Shown piece by piece: positions 1-9,624 of a DNA stretch of 64,000 nucleotides. The translations under genes and the position numbers were made by a program. The notes under the pieces are model-generated. The model was not told the DNA's origin and ran no database searches. It saw only the letters and a program-made list of their open reading frames with translations. Origin of the DNA: an uncultured delta proteobacterium (GTDB lineage Bacteria; Desulfobacterota; Binatia; Binatales; Binataceae); the NCBI GenBank assembly GCA_963851325.1, contig CAWKOR010000001.1, positions 3,508,144 to 3,572,143 of the forward strand. The letters run 5' to 3'. The stretch's first letter is position 1, and each line of letters begins with the position of its first letter.

Positions 1-185
1 ATTCACCATCTCCGCTGCAAGCCGTTGCGCGACGGCATCCCGAATTATAACTGGTCGAACGAGGATCCGGTGAACCAGCGATCTCGCCAAAATGGAGCAA
101 GAAATCGGAATACCTCGAGCTCGATCAGCAAGTTCGCCAATGGCGAACAGATCCAATCCGACGCGGCGGCAGTAGGGGACAAGAG

Positions 186-797
186 CTAGCGGCGAAAGTA
201 ACCTGCGATGCGTTCCGCGATCGCGCCGATATAGAAGATCGCGAGCAGCGGGCATAGCGCGCGCAGGATGACGCCCGGAAGCGCCGGCGGCGGAGCGAGC
301 CCGAGCACGATCACCAGCGCGAAGTTGATGACGCCGCCGAAGTGGCCGAGCCGGCTCCTTATTGGCGCGCCGCCGAGCAGCATCGAATCGATCGCGTACT
401 GGGAGAACGAGATCGCGATCAGCATCGGGATATAGAACGGAATCGAGCCGGCCCATGCCTCGCAGGTCAGCGCAGTCAGCACGAAGACGATGTCAGCGAT
501 GCTGTCGAGCCATCGCCCGACGCCTCCCGCGATTCCCATTCGGCGCGCGACGCGTCCGTCGAGGAGGTCGGATATCGCGCCCGCGATCGCGATGCTTCCC
601 AGCACTGCAGCGCCGGCGCGGCCGCCCTCAAACGCGAGCAGCCACGCCATCGCAAGGGCGAATCTCGAGGCGCTGAGCAGATTCGCGGCCTGCGACCTGA
701 GCGCAAAACCATTAGCTGGTGGTGTGATGTCGCGTGCTGCTTCCGTTACAATCGATGCCTCATGCCAAAAGCGCGCACCATCCAAATCATCAGCCAC
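186..797 (-). CDS. CDP-alcohol phosphatidyltransferase family protein
   Basis: 203-aa ORF with the D-x2-DG-x2-AR...G-x3-D-x3-D signature (DLLDGRVARRMGIAGGVGRWLDSIADIV) and several hydrophobic helices. The true start may be internal. Confidence 0.6.
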   Translation of the reverse strand: MADDLDGARFWHEASIVTEAARDITPPANGFALRSQAANLLSASRFALAMAWLLAFEGGRAGAAVLGSIAIAGAISDLLDGRVARRMGIAGGVGRWLDSIADIVFVLTALTCEAWAGSIPFYIPMLIAISFSQYAIDSMLLGGAPIRSRLGHFGGVINFALVIVLGLAPPPALPGVILRALCPLLAIFYIGAIAERIAGYFRR

Positions 798-1727
798 GGA
801 CCTTCATGCCTCGACGGCGTGATGGCGGCCGCGGCGATCGCCAGATTCTTCGAGGGCAGCCGCGTCTTCGCCAGCTTGCCGGGAAACAGCGATAGCGACC
901 GCGCGATCCAGAGTCTCAAGCTGCGCGACAAATCCGGCGGCGATGAAATCTGGATCACCGATCTCTCATGGACCCAGCCGCAGACTGCCGCGCATCTGAA
1001 GGAGCTGTCGGAAGCCGGCGCGCGCGTTTACTGGATCGATCATCATCGCACCGCAGTTTCGCGCGCCAATGAGCCTGAGTTCAAGGTGCCTTTTGCGGGC
1101 AAGGTATTGTCGGAAGAATATTCCGCCGCACGCCTGACCTTCGATTTCCTCAAGCAGCGCGAGGGCGAGCTTTCATCGGACGAGAAGCGGCGCGAGTTCG
1201 AATTGTTTCGGCGCTTTGCGGAAATCGCCGACGATCACGATCGATGGGTTCACAAGATCGCGGAATCGCCCGACTGGGCGCTCGCGGTGCAGACCCTGGG
1301 CGGCATTCCCTCGTACCGCGAGATTATCAAATTGCGCGAGCCGACGATGTCGCGCCGCCTGCGCGAAGCTTTGCGCGCGGCGCAGGAAGCGATGCGCAAG
1401 AGCATCGAGCTCGCGGACTCCACGCTGGTCGTGCGCGAGCTGGGCAACGGCGTCACGTTGCGCACGGCATGCTGTTTCGGCTACAGCAGCGAGGTCGCGG
1501 CGCATCTCTATGAGAACACGACGCGCACCGTGATTGCGCTCTTCGACCTTCGCAGCCAGGGCGTCAGCCTGCGTCGCAGTCCCGATTGCGAGGTCGATCT
1601 GTCGAAGCTGGCGGAGCAATTCGGCGGCGGCGGTCATGCTGCGGCGAGCGGCTTCATGACGCCGGAGTTGCGCAAGGTCCCGGCCGAGCGCCTCTCCGAA
1701 CTCCTCGCGGGCCGTTTGGAGCGCTAA
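762..1727 (+). CDS. DHH-family phosphoesterase (NrnA-like oligoribonuclease/pAp phosphatase)
   Basis: In-frame ATG at 762 inside the longer ORF 342..1727. It has a DHH motif (WIDHHRT) and a DHHA1 GGGGH motif (FGGGGHAAASGF). The upstream 342-761 portion overlaps the opposite-strand gene. Confidence 0.65.
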   Translation: MPKARTIQIISHGPSCLDGVMAAAAIARFFEGSRVFASLPGNSDSDRAIQSLKLRDKSGGDEIWITDLSWTQPQTAAHLKELSEAGARVYWIDHHRTAVSRANEPEFKVPFAGKVLSEEYSAARLTFDFLKQREGELSSDEKRREFELFRRFAEIADDHDRWVHKIAESPDWALAVQTLGGIPSYREIIKLREPTMSRRLREALRAAQEAMRKSIELADSTLVVRELGNGVTLRTACCFGYSSEVAAHLYENTTRTVIALFDLRSQGVSLRRSPDCEVDLSKLAEQFGGGGHAAASGFMTPELRKVPAERLSELLAGRLER

Positions 1728-1749
1728 CCCGCTGCTGGTCTGCGCTCAC

Positions 1750-1787
1750 TTGACATTTCATCTACATGTATGATGTATCCATACATC
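1750..1787 (+). promoter_or_regulatory. putative promoter/operator of the GntR gene: TTGACA -35 hexamer and a perfect inverted repeat GATGTAT-CC-ATACATC
   Basis: TTGACA at 1750-1755. The palindrome 1772-1787 contains the GT-N-AC core typical of GntR-family operators and lies 5 nt upstream of the start codon. Confidence 0.5.
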
Positions 1788-1791
1788 AGAC

Positions 1792-2208
1792 ATGAAAACC
1801 TCCAGACGCAGAATTGAGGTTGACCTTGCCTCCGCGACACCCGTCTACCGGCAGGTTGCCGACCAGATCCGCGAACTGCTGGTCAGCGGCGAATTTCAGC
1901 CCGGCGAACGGCTTCCGGCGGTCAGGCAACTCGCGATCGACCTCGCGATCAACCACAACACTATCGCTGAGGCCTATCGCTCACTGGCCGCGGAGGGCTG
2001 GCTGCGCCTGGAGCGCGCGCGCGGCGCGATGGTGCTGGCGCGGAGCACGCCCGGCGCGAGCAGGCGGACCGAACGCCAATTCGCGCGGCGTCTGCGCGAA
2101 TTGATTGCGGAGGTCCGCGCCGCCGGCGTGTCGCCGAAGGTCATTCGCTCGGAATTCGAGTTGCTGGCGGAGGCGCTCCCTTCGCACGGCGAGGGCAAGA
2201 GGCGCTAG
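1792..2208 (+). CDS. GntR-family transcriptional regulator (short YtrA-like subfamily)
   Basis: 138 aa with a GntR winged-HTH N-terminus (PVYRQVADQIRELLVSGEFQPGERLPAVRQLAIDLAINHNTIAEAYRSL). The C-terminal domain is short. Confidence 0.8.
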   Translation: MKTSRRRIEVDLASATPVYRQVADQIRELLVSGEFQPGERLPAVRQLAIDLAINHNTIAEAYRSLAAEGWLRLERARGAMVLARSTPGASRRTERQFARRLRELIAEVRAAGVSPKVIRSEFELLAEALPSHGEGKRR

Positions 2209-2230
2209 CGGAGCGCTCCGGTGAGCATCG

Positions 2231-3265
2231 ATGATCGGGCCAAATCTACTCAACCTCAGGTTGCCGTGGACCATCGCGGTGCTGCTGTTGGGCGCGCTCG
2301 AATACCTGATGCCCGAGCTAACTCGTCCCGAGGTAGTCTTTTCAGTCACCGTGGCGCCGACGCTGCGAGCTTCTGCCGAGGGCGTCGCGATCGTGCACCG
2401 CTATCGCAGAATCGTCGCGATGACGACAGTTGTCGCGCTGTTGGTTGCGCTGAACGCGATTGCACCGCTCGCACGATGGAACGGCGCGCTGGCTTTCGCA
2501 CTCCAGTATGTCGGGTTCGTGATGGCGCTTTCGATCGCGCGCCGCCAGACCAGGCCGTACGCGGCGCCGCAGCCAACCACCCGCGAAGCCGATTTGGTCG
2601 CGCGGAAAGCATCTGCAGTGCTGATAGTCGCGATCGCCATTCCGTCGGTGGTCATCGGCGCGATCGCTCTATGGTCCTCCGCACGCTGGGAAGCGCTGCC
2701 CGATCCGTATCCCATCCACTGGATGTGGAACGGCGAGCCCGACACCTGGGTCTCGCGCACGCCGTTTAACGTTTATGGAATGCTCTCGATGCTCGGCGGA
2801 GCCTGCGCGCTGATGGCGATTTTGTGTTTCGGACTGATGTTCTGGTCGCGCCGCCCGCGGTCGATCGCCTCCAGCAGGTTCGATCGCCGGTTTCTCACCG
2901 GCACTATCGCGGCGCTGCTCGTGGGCGAATATCTGCTCGCCGCAAGTGCGATGCTTCCGCTGGGTTTTGGCGCGAATGGTCCCGAGCTGATGATCTTCGT
3001 AATCCTGGCGACCGCTTCCATCTACCTGATGACCGCTGGCAATACAGCGCCGATTGAGACTTCACGCGGAGATGTCACTCCTGACCAGGCGTGGAAATTC
3101 GGCATCATTTATTTCAATCGCGAAGATCCCGCTTTTCTGGTGGAGAAACGTTTCGGCCTCGGCTGGACGTTGAACTTCGGGCATCGGTTGGGATGGGTGG
3201 TTGTCGGCGGGGCGTTGCTACCGATAGCGCTCGGGGTGGCATTCATAATCTCAATTCAGATCTAG
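2231..3265 (+). CDS. DUF1648/SdpI-like polytopic membrane protein
   Basis: 344 aa with multiple TM helices and the motif PIHWMWNGEPDTWVSR typical of DUF1648. It follows the GntR gene closely. Confidence 0.55.
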   Translation: MIGPNLLNLRLPWTIAVLLLGALEYLMPELTRPEVVFSVTVAPTLRASAEGVAIVHRYRRIVAMTTVVALLVALNAIAPLARWNGALAFALQYVGFVMALSIARRQTRPYAAPQPTTREADLVARKASAVLIVAIAIPSVVIGAIALWSSARWEALPDPYPIHWMWNGEPDTWVSRTPFNVYGMLSMLGGACALMAILCFGLMFWSRRPRSIASSRFDRRFLTGTIAALLVGEYLLAASAMLPLGFGANGPELMIFVILATASIYLMTAGNTAPIETSRGDVTPDQAWKFGIIYFNREDPAFLVEKRFGLGWTLNFGHRLGWVVVGGALLPIALGVAFIISIQI

Positions 3266-3282
3266 ATTCCCGGGAGGGAACT

Positions 3283-3714
3283 ATGCTCAAGAAGATTTCG
3301 ATTGCGATGCTTGGATTGATCCTGATCTGCGCCGGAGGAATCGGGACTGTGCATGCCGATGGAAAGGAAGCAGTCGAACAAGCGAGGAAAGCCGCCGAGG
3401 CGTGGCTCAAGCTGGTCGATGACGGAAAATATCAAGGCAGCTGGGAGCAGGCCGCAACCTATTTCAAGGATCACGTTACCGCGGCGCATTGGAGCGAGAT
3501 GGTCGGCGCGGCGCGAAAGCCTCTGGGTGCAATGCTATCGAGGGATTTCAAGATGGCGCATTACTCGACCAGCCTGCCCGGCGCGCCCGATGGCGAGTAT
3601 GTCGTCATTCAGTACGACACTTCCTTTGCGAACAAGAAGGCTGCCGTCGAGACCATCACGCCGATGCTCGATAAGGACGGCCAGTGGCGCGTCTCGGGTT
3701 ACTTCATCAGGTAG
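3283..3714 (+). CDS. Secreted DUF4019-like protein
   Basis: ATG at 3283 preceded by a GGGAGGGA RBS, an N-terminal signal peptide (MLKKISIAMLGLILICAGG), about 143 aa. Confidence 0.5.
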   Translation: MLKKISIAMLGLILICAGGIGTVHADGKEAVEQARKAAEAWLKLVDDGKYQGSWEQAATYFKDHVTAAHWSEMVGAARKPLGAMLSRDFKMAHYSTSLPGAPDGEYVVIQYDTSFANKKAAVETITPMLDKDGQWRVSGYFIR

Positions 3715-3717
3715 ACG

Positions 3718-4617
3718 CTAGACCCGCAGCGCAGCCCGAATCCACGCGAGGGTATCGCCATAGACTTCGGCGCGATTGGTTTCGTTGAACATCTCGTGGC
3801 GGCCCTCGCGATAGTACTTCTCCGTCACGTCCTTGATGCCGGCCGCGCGATAGCGCTCGGCCACCGGCCGTAACCATTCGAGTTGGTGGTTAATCGGGTC
3901 CTTGTCGCCCGCCATGATCCAGATCGGAAGGTCTTTGCGGATGCGCGCGAGCTGCCTGGGATCGACGATGCGCTGCGAAGCCGCCGCCATCGTCGCCATC
4001 GAGCGCGCGATGACGCCGAAACCGCATAACGGGTCGGCGATGTATTGGTCGACTTGCGCGGGGTCGCGGCTCAGCCAATCGAACGGCGTGCGCGCCGGCT
4101 CGAACTCGCGATTGATCGCCGTGAGGTCCGCATCGCCCGAGGAATCCATCTGCAGCATGTCGACCGCCGCGGAGCCCGAAAGAACAGCAGCCCCAATCAG
4201 GTCGCTGTGGTCGAGGAGGTAGGCCTGGGTCGCGAATGATCCCATGCTGTGACCCAGCAGCACCACCGGCAATCCACCTTCACGCTGGCGCGCAATGCGC
4301 GTGAGGCGCGCCATGTCCTCGACCAGCGCATCCCATCCGCCGACGCCGAAGTCGCCCAGAGTCTCCCTGGATTTGGCGGTGCGGCCATGACCGCGATGAT
4401 CATTCGCATAAACATGGAATCCGGCTTGATTGAGGAAGCCGGCCAGGTCGGCATAGCGAAGGGAGTGCTCGCCCATGCCATGGGAGATCTGCACGATGCC
4501 AACTGGTCTGCTGCCGACGGAGGACCATCGATAGCCAGCGACCTCGATTGGTTGGTTGCCGGGACCCTCAGGGCTGATGAATGAGAAATCCTCGCGCGCC
4601 ATGCCTCCCTCTAACAC
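3718..4617 (-). CDS. alpha/beta hydrolase (lysophospholipase/monoacylglycerol-lipase-like)
   Basis: 299 aa with an HGMGEH oxyanion region and a GHSMG nucleophile elbow. Confidence 0.7.
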   Translation of the reverse strand: MLEGGMAREDFSFISPEGPGNQPIEVAGYRWSSVGSRPVGIVQISHGMGEHSLRYADLAGFLNQAGFHVYANDHRGHGRTAKSRETLGDFGVGGWDALVEDMARLTRIARQREGGLPVVLLGHSMGSFATQAYLLDHSDLIGAAVLSGSAAVDMLQMDSSGDADLTAINREFEPARTPFDWLSRDPAQVDQYIADPLCGFGVIARSMATMAAASQRIVDPRQLARIRKDLPIWIMAGDKDPINHQLEWLRPVAERYRAAGIKDVTEKYYREGRHEMFNETNRAEVYGDTLAWIRAALRV

Positions 4618-4690
4618 GCTGCGAAAGGCGCATCCAAGAGTGATGGTCAGCCTCTTGCTTCATTTGATGCGCGATGTCAGACTGAATCTC

Positions 4691-4708
4691 CGTTCAGTTG
4701 ACTGAACG
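4691..4708 (+). promoter_or_regulatory. putative TetR operator: perfect inverted repeat CGTTCAGT-TG-ACTGAACG
   Basis: 8-bp arms in the divergent hydrolase/TetR intergenic region. It overlaps the TTG that the ORF caller used as the TetR start. Confidence 0.55.
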
Positions 4709-4715
4709 AACAGTC

Positions 4716-5342
4716 GTGACAAAAGAAGAAGTACTAAAAAATTACCGCGTAGGCGAAATCCTCGAGGCTGCCCGCCGAACCATCGGGCGCTTCGGATTCG
4801 AAGGTACTACTATCGATCGGGTGGCCGACGAGGCCCACATCGCAAAAGGTACCATCTATCTATACTTTCCTAACAAGGAAGCCCTGCTCCACTCGGCGGT
4901 AGTCGAGGGTATCCGCGATCTGACCTTGGAGCTTGCTCGGAGCGACGATACGGCCAAGCAGCCAATCGAACGGCTGACCCATCTCATCCGCAGCATGGTC
5001 AAAGTTCAGAAGTCTCACGAGGACTTCTTTAAGGCGCTCATTCTCGATTCCCGATTCGTGAGTTACGAGCCAGGCGATAAGCGTGGCGAGGAGCTGCGCA
5101 AGGTTTACCTCGATTTGGTGGAGTACCTGGCCTGCGTGCTGCGATCGGCGACTGAGCACGGCGCGATTCGTGCTATGGACCCCCAGCTCGCTGCGCTGAT
5201 GCTTACCGAGATGATGACCGCTCCGTTGCGCCGCCGCCTCTTGGCATTGACCGATACTCCGCCGGAAACCGACGTCGATGCCGTGCTGGACCTCTTCTTA
5301 TATGGGGTCCGCGGGGTACATCCCGAGAGGAACGGCAAATGA
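4716..5342 (+). CDS. TetR/AcrR-family transcriptional regulator
   Basis: TetR HTH (TIDRVADEAHIAKGTIYLYFPNKEALL). The ORF caller starts at TTG 4698, but that codon lies inside a perfect operator palindrome. The in-frame GTG at 4716 (MTKEEVLKNY...) is the more likely start. Confidence 0.75.
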   Translation: MTKEEVLKNYRVGEILEAARRTIGRFGFEGTTIDRVADEAHIAKGTIYLYFPNKEALLHSAVVEGIRDLTLELARSDDTAKQPIERLTHLIRSMVKVQKSHEDFFKALILDSRFVSYEPGDKRGEELRKVYLDLVEYLACVLRSATEHGAIRAMDPQLAALMLTEMMTAPLRRRLLALTDTPPETDVDAVLDLFLYGVRGVHPERNGK

Positions 5343-6424
5343 CGCATCGCATCGTCGCAGCACTTGCCCTCGCAGCGGGCTTCATCGCGAGCGCCTGCAG
5401 CGGACCGCCGGTTGCCAAGGCGTCAAGCGCGCCCGCCGAATCCCAGCTTATCGTGGCGATTGCTACCGTTCATCAGCAGGATCTCATCCGCACCGCGCAG
5501 GCACAGGGTGCGCTATTTCCGAAAGAAAAAGCGGTACTGGCCGCCGAAGTCGGGGGTGCGCTGGCGCAGGTCTTCGCAGACATGGGCGATCAGGTGACCA
5601 CCGGCCAGGTGCTGGCGCGCATCGATCCGCGCGAATATCAACTTCGGCTCGATTCCGCGCAGGCTCAACTCGAGCAGGTCCAGGCTCGGTTGGCGAATGC
5701 GCAGGCCAACTTCCAGCGGATGAAGGCGCTAAACGACGCCCATCTGGTGGCAACGCAGCAATACGACCAATCCTCCGCGGAGATGCGGGTGGCGCAGGCT
5801 GATGCGGATGCTTCCGAGAAGCAACTCGGCCTTGCACGTAAAAAGCTCAACGATACCTACATTCGTGCGCCCTTTGCCGGCTCGGTCCAGAAGCGAATGG
5901 TCTCACTAGGCGAGCATGTGGGCGAGGGGATGCCGCTCTACGAACTGATCGCGACCGACCCCATCAAGTTGCGCGCACCGATTCCGGAGCGCTTCGTTCC
6001 GATGGCCAAGGTCGGGCAGCCAATCGAACTGACCGTCGATGCGCGTCCGGATAAGACTTTTCATGGTACCGTGAGCCGAATCGCCCCTGCCCTTGACGAG
6101 AACAGCCGCACGTTGCTGATCGAGGCCGAGGTGCCCAATCCCGATGGGATGCTCAAGCCCGGCTACTTCGCGCATGTGACGATGAACCTCGGTCATGATC
6201 GCGCGCTGTTCATTCCGCGTTCAGCGGTGCTTCGCTACGCCGGAGTGGCGCGGGTGTTCATCTTCAAGAATGGATCGGTCCGCTCGCGCGAAATTACCAC
6301 CGGATCGGTCGAGGGCGACCAGATTGAAATCGTCACTGGTCTCCAGCAGGGCGAGAGCGTCGTCATCAGCGATGTCGATCGGCTCGCCGATGGGACCGCG
6401 GTAGTTGCAAAGGAGCAGTCGTGA
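5339..6424 (+). CDS. RND efflux periplasmic adaptor (membrane fusion protein, HlyD family)
   Basis: 361 aa with a lipoprotein-like N-terminus (ASACSG), coiled-coil and beta-barrel MFP motifs. It overlaps the TetR stop by 4 nt and the RND gene start by 4 nt. Confidence 0.85.
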   Translation: MTHRIVAALALAAGFIASACSGPPVAKASSAPAESQLIVAIATVHQQDLIRTAQAQGALFPKEKAVLAAEVGGALAQVFADMGDQVTTGQVLARIDPREYQLRLDSAQAQLEQVQARLANAQANFQRMKALNDAHLVATQQYDQSSAEMRVAQADADASEKQLGLARKKLNDTYIRAPFAGSVQKRMVSLGEHVGEGMPLYELIATDPIKLRAPIPERFVPMAKVGQPIELTVDARPDKTFHGTVSRIAPALDENSRTLLIEAEVPNPDGMLKPGYFAHVTMNLGHDRALFIPRSAVLRYAGVARVFIFKNGSVRSREITTGSVEGDQIEIVTGLQQGESVVISDVDRLADGTAVVAKEQS

Positions 6425-9400
6425 TCCTCGCCGACCTATGCGTGCGACGGCCCGTATTCGCCACCATGTTCGTGGGCGTGCTGGTGGTGCTGGGATGGTT
6501 TTCCTACCAGCGCCTCGGCGTCGACCTGTATCCCAAAGTCGACATGCCGATGGTGATGGTGCTGACCTACCTGCCGGGTGCGGCGCCGGAGGAAACCGAA
6601 GCGCGCGTCACCAAGCCTATCGAAGAAGTAATCAACACGGTAAGCGGCATCGATGAATTGCGCTCGGTCACGCTGGAAGGCGTGTCGCGCATCATGGTCC
6701 AGTTCAAGCTCGATCGCGACATCAATTCAGGCGTGCAGGATATCCGCGACAAGATCTCGACCGTGCTCGATCAGCTTCCCGAAGGCACCAAGCCGCCGCT
6801 GGTCGGCAAATGGGACATGGATTCGCTCCCGATCCTGACCTTCACCGTCACCGGCTATCAATCGATGAAGGAACTGACCGAGATCGGCCGGCGCATGATC
6901 AAGGAGCCGCTGGAATCGGTCGATGGAGTCGGCTCGATCGAGATCGTCGGCGGACGCGAGCGCGAGGTCCACATCCTGGTCGACGCCGACCGGCTGCGCG
7001 CAACCGGTCTTTCGGTTCAGCAAGTCTCCTCCGCGCTCGCTCGGCAGAACGTTGAGTATCCGGGCGGCCGAATGAAGCAGGGACTCTCCGAGCAGGTTCT
7101 GCGAACCCTCGGACGCATCACCGAGGTTGCCGACTTCAGCAAGATCATCGTCAGCGAGCAGCAGGGCAAGCCGGTCACGATTGGCGACATCGGAACGGTC
7201 GAGGACGGGGTCAAGGAACCGCGCTCGCTGTCGCGATGGGACGGCAAGAACGCGGTCTCGCTGGTGATCCGCAAGCAATCCGGCACCAACACTATCGAGG
7301 TGGTCGATCATATTTTCGAGCGCCTCAACAAGATCAAGGAAGCATTGCCGGCGGGCGTGAGCGTGATCGCCTCGCGTGATTCCTCGGAATACATTCGCGA
7401 GTCGGTTCACACTGTCCAGGAGCATCTGGTGCTGGGCGGCATCTGTGCGGCGATCGTGGTGTTCTTCTTTCTCGGGTCGTTGCGTTCCACTTTGATCGCG
7501 GCGATCGCGATCCCGGTCTCCATCGTATCGACCTACACGCTGCTGTTGTGGATGGGCTTCACGCTGAACACGCTCTCGCTGCTGGCGCTGACGCTCGCGG
7601 TCGGCATCGTCATCGATGACGCGATTGTAGTGCTGGAGAATATATTCCGGTTTATCGAAGAGAAGGGGATGAGCCCGATGGCCGCGGCGAAGGCCGCGAC
7701 CGCTGAAGTCGGCCTCGCGGTCAGCGCGACCACGCTTTCGCTGGTCGTCATCTTCGTGCCGGTCGCGTTCATCCATAGCGTCACCGGCCGCTTCCTCAAC
7801 ACCTTCGGCTTGACGATGGCGTTTTCGATCATGGTGTCGCTGCTGGTCGCATTCACGCTGACCCCGATGCTGTGCTCGCGCTTCCTGAAACACACCAGGG
7901 CGGAGCGGACCTCGCGCGATTCATGGTTCTTCGGCTCCATCGAGCGCCTCTACGAGCGCGCGCTCAACTGGTCGCTCGATCATCGATGGGTGATTGTCAG
8001 CATCGCGGGTGCGCTGGTGCTGATGATCCCGGTACTCGCCAAAATCGTCGGGGCTAATTTCATGCCGGCCGAGGATTCCAGCGAATTCGCAATCAACCTG
8101 CGCACTCCGCCCGGCTACTCGCTCGAGCATACCGATGCGGTGGTACGTGCGATGGAAGCGCGGGTGCGCGCGATTCCCGAAGTTCGCCACATGTTCACCA
8201 CGGTTGGCGATACCACGGGCGCCGGCAACGTAACCGTCGCGCAGATCGTCGCGAAGCTCACGCCGGTTTCCAAGCGCAAGCGATCGCAGCAGCAGGTCAT
8301 GGCCGATGCACGCAAGATGGTCGCGGGATTCCCTGCGATGCGCGTCAGCGTGGACGACATCAAGCCATGGGAGCAGGGCGGATTTCGCGAGGTCGACGTC
8401 GAGTACGACGTGCGCGGGCCGGACCTCGACAAATTGCAATCCATCATCGCGCAGTTGCGCTCGCATATGAAAAATATTCCGGGCGTCCTTGACATCGATT
8501 CCACCTACGAAGCCGGACTGCCGGAGCTTCAGGTGCATATCGATCGGCAGAAGGCCGCCGATGTGGGTGTATCGGTGTCGGACATTGCGGCTACCATCCG
8601 CACGATGGTCCAGGGCGACGTGATAACGCGATTCCGCGAAGGCCAGGATACCTACGACGTACGCCTTCAGCTCAACGAAAAAGATCGCAACGATCCCGCG
8701 GTGGTCGCCAGCCTTACGATCCCCTCGACCACGGCGGGCCAGGTGCGACTCGACAACGTTGCCTCGCTGGTCAGCGGGACCGGACCGGTGGAGATCGATC
8801 GGCAGGCGCGCCAGCGCCAAATCGGACTGGTGTTCAACCTCGCGCCCGGCAGCCAGATGAATCAGATCATCAAGACCGTCGGCGACGCCGCGAAGAAGAT
8901 CGACATTCCGCCCGGCTACACCACTGCCTTCGGCGGTCAGAGCAAGATGTTCGGCGAGATGATCGGCGGCTTCGTAATCGCGTTCGGGCTCTCGATCATC
9001 TTTATGTACATGGTTCTGGCGGCGCAGTTTGAAAGCTTCACCCATCCGATCACGATCATGTTGTCGCTGCCGCTGGCGGTTCCATTCGCGCTGGTCTCAT
9101 TGATGTTCTTCAATCAGCAAATGTCGATGTTCTCGATCCTGGGCATCCTCTTGCTGTTCGGAATCGTCAAGAAGAACTCGATTCTGCAAGTCGATCAGAC
9201 CATCAATCTGCGCAACCAGGGGATGGAACGTCGCAAGGCGATCCTGCAGGCCAATCGCGAGCGGTTGCGACCGATCCTGATGACTACCGCGGCGCTGGTT
9301 GCCGGCATGATTCCGGTCGCGTTCGGACGCGGCGCCGGCTCGGGCGAGCAGCGCGGCATCGCGATCGTCGTCATCGGTGGACAGACGCTATGCCTCGTCA

Positions 9401-9546
9401 TCACGCTGCTCATCACACCGGTCGCGTACTCGCTGTTCGACGACCTCGAGACATGGTGGTCGCATGCCGTGTTGCGCAAGCGCCCGCAGCTCAAGCTGGT
9501 TGAGCCGGCCTACGAAGAGGAAGCCTCGCGCCACGCGGTCGATTGA
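6421..9546 (+). CDS. RND efflux permease (AcrB/CzcA superfamily)
   Basis: 1041 aa with a 12-TM RND architecture and two large periplasmic loops, coupled to the upstream MFP. No outer-membrane factor is encoded in this operon. Confidence 0.9.
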   Translation: MILADLCVRRPVFATMFVGVLVVLGWFSYQRLGVDLYPKVDMPMVMVLTYLPGAAPEETEARVTKPIEEVINTVSGIDELRSVTLEGVSRIMVQFKLDRDINSGVQDIRDKISTVLDQLPEGTKPPLVGKWDMDSLPILTFTVTGYQSMKELTEIGRRMIKEPLESVDGVGSIEIVGGREREVHILVDADRLRATGLSVQQVSSALARQNVEYPGGRMKQGLSEQVLRTLGRITEVADFSKIIVSEQQGKPVTIGDIGTVEDGVKEPRSLSRWDGKNAVSLVIRKQSGTNTIEVVDHIFERLNKIKEALPAGVSVIASRDSSEYIRESVHTVQEHLVLGGICAAIVVFFFLGSLRSTLIAAIAIPVSIVSTYTLLLWMGFTLNTLSLLALTLAVGIVIDDAIVVLENIFRFIEEKGMSPMAAAKAATAEVGLAVSATTLSLVVIFVPVAFIHSVTGRFLNTFGLTMAFSIMVSLLVAFTLTPMLCSRFLKHTRAERTSRDSWFFGSIERLYERALNWSLDHRWVIVSIAGALVLMIPVLAKIVGANFMPAEDSSEFAINLRTPPGYSLEHTDAVVRAMEARVRAIPEVRHMFTTVGDTTGAGNVTVAQIVAKLTPVSKRKRSQQQVMADARKMVAGFPAMRVSVDDIKPWEQGGFREVDVEYDVRGPDLDKLQSIIAQLRSHMKNIPGVLDIDSTYEAGLPELQVHIDRQKAADVGVSVSDIAATIRTMVQGDVITRFREGQDTYDVRLQLNEKDRNDPAVVASLTIPSTTAGQVRLDNVASLVSGTGPVEIDRQARQRQIGLVFNLAPGSQMNQIIKTVGDAAKKIDIPPGYTTAFGGQSKMFGEMIGGFVIAFGLSIIFMYMVLAAQFESFTHPITIMLSLPLAVPFALVSLMFFNQQMSMFSILGILLLFGIVKKNSILQVDQTINLRNQGMERRKAILQANRERLRPILMTTAALVAGMIPVAFGRGAGSGEQRGIAIVVIGGQTLCLVITLLITPVAYSLFDDLETWWSHAVLRKRPQLKLVEPAYEEEASRHAVD

Positions 9547-9624
9547 CAAAGTGAAAGGTGCAAAGGCGCGGGTCGCTTAGCTGGCGGCCTTGCTCATACC
9601 GCAGTTGCTTACTAGATTCGGCGC

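Noticed and set aside
342-761. 5' extension of the long ORF 342-1727 (plus overlapping ORFs 362-676, 490-822, 476-712)
   Set aside because: It overlaps the CDP-alcohol phosphatidyltransferase gene on the opposite strand. The translation is Arg/Ser-rich and low-complexity. A clean ATG at 762 gives a complete DHH protein.
6727-9045. Long antisense ORFs (6727-7893, 7921-9045) inside the RND permease gene
   Set aside because: Typical high-GC antisense frames. The translations are Asp/Arg/His-rich with no motifs. The sense strand encodes an unmistakable RND transporter.
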